Assembly (NCBI GenBank): GCA_002498375.1
Contig: DAHC01000002.1
Coordinates: forward strand, 15,860 to 39,859
Reading direction: 5' to 3'
Source of the DNA: Methanocorpusculum sp. UBA424
GTDB taxonomy: Archaea > Halobacteriota > Methanomicrobia > Methanomicrobiales > Methanocorpusculaceae
DNA length: 24,000 nucleotides
Shown here one piece after another: positions 22,255 through 24,000 of this stretch. The notes beneath the pieces were generated by a model that did not search any database, had not been told where the DNA came from, and was given only the letters and a program-made list of their open reading frames with translations. The translations under genes and the position numbers were made by a program. Position 1 is the first letter of the stretch, and each line of letters starts with the position of its first letter.

Positions 22255-22322
22255 CGAAATGCCGAAAGGAGATGGTAGGGGTAATTCGGATCTCAGCCCT
22301 GTTTCTGCTTTTTGTAATTAGT

Positions 22323-22335
22323 TAAATATATATAC
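22323..22335 (+). promoter_or_regulatory. Strong TATA-like box in the AT-rich core between the heptad repeats
   Basis: The box is taaatatatatac. Its centre is about 26 nt upstream of nt 22352-22356. It could drive a long hsdR leader or the 22352 ORF; orientation is not proven. Confidence 0.35.
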
Positions 22336-22436
22336 TTTTAGAAATAAATAAATGATACAAGAGTGTTTCGGCAGCCAATCTCTCACGAAGGAGAGTGCGG
22401 CTGAAAATATTCCGGGGTATCTTTTTTTCCAAAAGC

Positions 22437-22481
22437 CGGGTGATCACTGGTCACTGGTCACTGATCACACAATTCGGGAAG
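22437..22481. repeat. Right arm of the 45-bp heptad inverted repeat
   Basis: The arm reads cgggtgatcactggtcactggtcactgatcacacaattcgggaag. Confidence 0.9.
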
Positions 22482-22647
22482 GAGTTTGTTGGGAGTGGAG
22501 ATCTCATGTGTCCGCATTTCACCCATACACAAAATCGAAGTACATCTGTCAGTACGTCAGCTATTTCTGTTATGATCACACAGAAAATCATCCCGTTTCG
22601 CCCTATATTTTAAATCATAGCACTCCGATATACTACATAATCAACCC

Positions 22648-24000
22648 ATGACCAGGACCAACTTCGACTACCTTTCAGCAGACCCCGGATTCTCCTCCTT
22701 TTCTGACACCGCGATCTCAGCAGAGAAGATCTACTCAATCGACACCGCCGCCTGTGTCGTAAACTGCAGAAGGGCACTTGAATTTGCCGTCAAATGGTTA
22801 TACTCCGTCGATACATCCCTAAAACTCCCCTATCAGGACAACCTTGCCACCCTCATCAACACCGAAGAATTCAAAAAACTCATCAGCTGCGATTTAAGAA
22901 AACGCATCAGCTTCATCCGGGTCCTTGGAAACAACGCCGCCCACGGCTCAGCCCAATTCACCCCCGACCAGGCGGAACTCGCACTCGAAAATCTCTTCAT
23001 CTTCCTTGACTTCATTGCTTACTGTTACAGTCCGGCCTACAAACCGCGGACCTTTGACCGGACGCTCCTCAAAAATCAGGACACGACCCTCCCTCCTCTC
23101 AAAGAAGAAACGCCCCTCGCCCGGCTCATCAATGAAAACAAACCGCTCAAAAATGAACTCACCGCGAGAAGAACACAACGCGAACCCTCCTACGTAACAA
23201 AACCCCTCGAAATATCAGAATACAAAACCCGGAAAATCTACATCGACACCCAGCTCATCGACGCAGGCTGGGAAAAAGGCAAAGACTGGCTCGACGAATA
23301 TGAACTGCCCGGCATGCCGAACAGCGGCGGAGTAGGATACGCCGACTATGTCCTCTTTGGAGACGACGGCAGACCCCTCGCCCTCATCGAAGCGAAAAAG
23401 ACCTGCAAAGACCCCGCAGTCGGACGTCAGCAGGCAAAACTCTACGCCGACCTCCTCGAACAGAAATTCGGCAAACGGCCCGTCATCTTCCTCACCAACG
23501 GCTTTGAAACCCGGATCTGGAACGACACCAAATACCCTGAACGAAAAGTCTCCGGCATCTACGCAAAACGTGACCTCGAAAAAGAGTTTGCCAAACTCGC
23601 ATTCAGAACCTCCCTTGAAAACATACAGATCAACACATCCATCTCCGGCCGCTACTATCAGATGGAGGCCGTAAAAGCTGTTTGCAGGGCATTTGACACG
23701 GAAAACAGACGAAAAGCCCTCCTCGTCATGGCAACCGGCAGCGGAAAAACGCGAACCGTCATCTCCCTCGTCGACATCCTCATCCGGCACGGCTGGGTAA
23801 AAAACGTCCTCTTCCTTGCCGACAGAAACCTCCTTGTCACCCAGGCAAAACGGTCATTCAATGCACTCCTCCCTGACCTCTCACTCACCAACCTCGGTGA
23901 AGAAAAAGACAGCCTTTCCGCACGGGCAGTCTTTTCCACCTACCAGACAATGATCAACGCCATCGACGATGTCAAAGATGAAAACGGCGGCAGACTATTC
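22648..24000 (+). CDS. hsdR: Type I restriction enzyme R subunit, N-terminal 451 codons (3' end outside the window)
   Basis: This ORF is not in the supplied track because it has no stop in the window; I translated it by hand. From ATG 22648: MTRTNFDYLSADPGF...LRKRISFIRVLGNNAAHG (DUF4145-like N-terminus). Next comes a PD-(D/E)xK nuclease core (GYADYVLFGDDGRPLALIEAKK), then helicase motif I (LLVMATGSGKTRT) and LFLADRNLLVTQA. Confidence 0.9.
   Translation, partial: MTRTNFDYLSADPGFSSFSDTAISAEKIYSIDTAACVVNCRRALEFAVKWLYSVDTSLKLPYQDNLATLINTEEFKKLISCDLRKRISFIRVLGNNAAHGSAQFTPDQAELALENLFIFLDFIAYCYSPAYKPRTFDRTLLKNQDTTLPPLKEETPLARLINENKPLKNELTARRTQREPSYVTKPLEISEYKTRKIYIDTQLIDAGWEKGKDWLDEYELPGMPNSGGVGYADYVLFGDDGRPLALIEAKKTCKDPAVGRQQAKLYADLLEQKFGKRPVIFLTNGFETRIWNDTKYPERKVSGIYAKRDLEKEFAKLAFRTSLENIQINTSISGRYYQMEAVKAVCRAFDTENRRKALLVMATGSGKTRTVISLVDILIRHGWVKNVLFLADRNLLVTQAKRSFNALLPDLSLTNLGEEKDSLSARAVFSTYQTMINAIDDVKDENGGRLF

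Noticed and set aside
23215-23790. 191-aa minus-strand ORF, and the 108-aa plus-strand ORF at 23348-23674
   Set aside because: Both lie inside the hand-translated hsdR frame, which contains the nuclease core and the ATGSGKT helicase motif. Their compositions are Gly/Val/Phe/Asp-rich or Ser/Pro/Thr-rich noise.

Overview
The window looks like a chromosomal segment of a methanogenic euryarchaeon, probably Methanomicrobia. It combines archaeal-specific families (DUF2070, UPF0212, archaeal riboflavin-pathway reductase, Dph6-like) with bacterial-type dnaJ and uvrC, AT-rich TATA-like boxes about 26 nt upstream of start codons, and oligo-T terminators. All family names come from motifs I recognise by eye; no searches were run.

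nt 1-11.3k is mostly housekeeping: the dnaJ 3' end, purH, an EF-Tu-like paralogue, a RibD-C-type reductase, uvrC, and a tightly packed minus-strand operon of UPF0212, a PfkB kinase, a Dph6-like gene and DUF2070. It is interrupted by one visibly AT-richer single-gene islet (2662-3600) encoding a zinc-ribbon plus nucleoside-2-deoxyribosyltransferase/TIR-like protein.

nt 11.3k-24k is accessory:
- An intact IS5-family element at 11334-12469, with 18-bp imperfect inverted repeats and GTA on both flanks.
- An 11-gene cluster at 12493-18543, entirely on the minus strand, for thiophilic metals and metalloids. The mercury-methylation pair hgcA/hgcB (NVWCAAGK motif) sits behind a Cys-rich AbrB-like gene. 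It is followed directly by an arsD-like gene, arsR, a poly-Cys mini-protein, an ArsP-like permease, arsC, a Cys-rich protein, ACR3 and a DGC protein.
- A type I restriction-modification locus (hsdM, hsdS, 5' part of hsdR). Its parts have discordant codon usage, and its 1.1-kb hsdS-hsdR gap is filled with structured non-coding repeats.

The repeats comprise a 207/156-bp inverted pair with swapped hairpin modules and oligo-T ends. There is also a dispersed GAGCAA..TTGCG hairpin family with perfect stem covariation, which recurs after dnaJ at nt 513-657. Finally, a 45-bp inverted repeat built from GTGAYCA heptads flanks a 182-bp AT-rich TATA-bearing core. I saw no rRNA, tRNA or CRISPR array.
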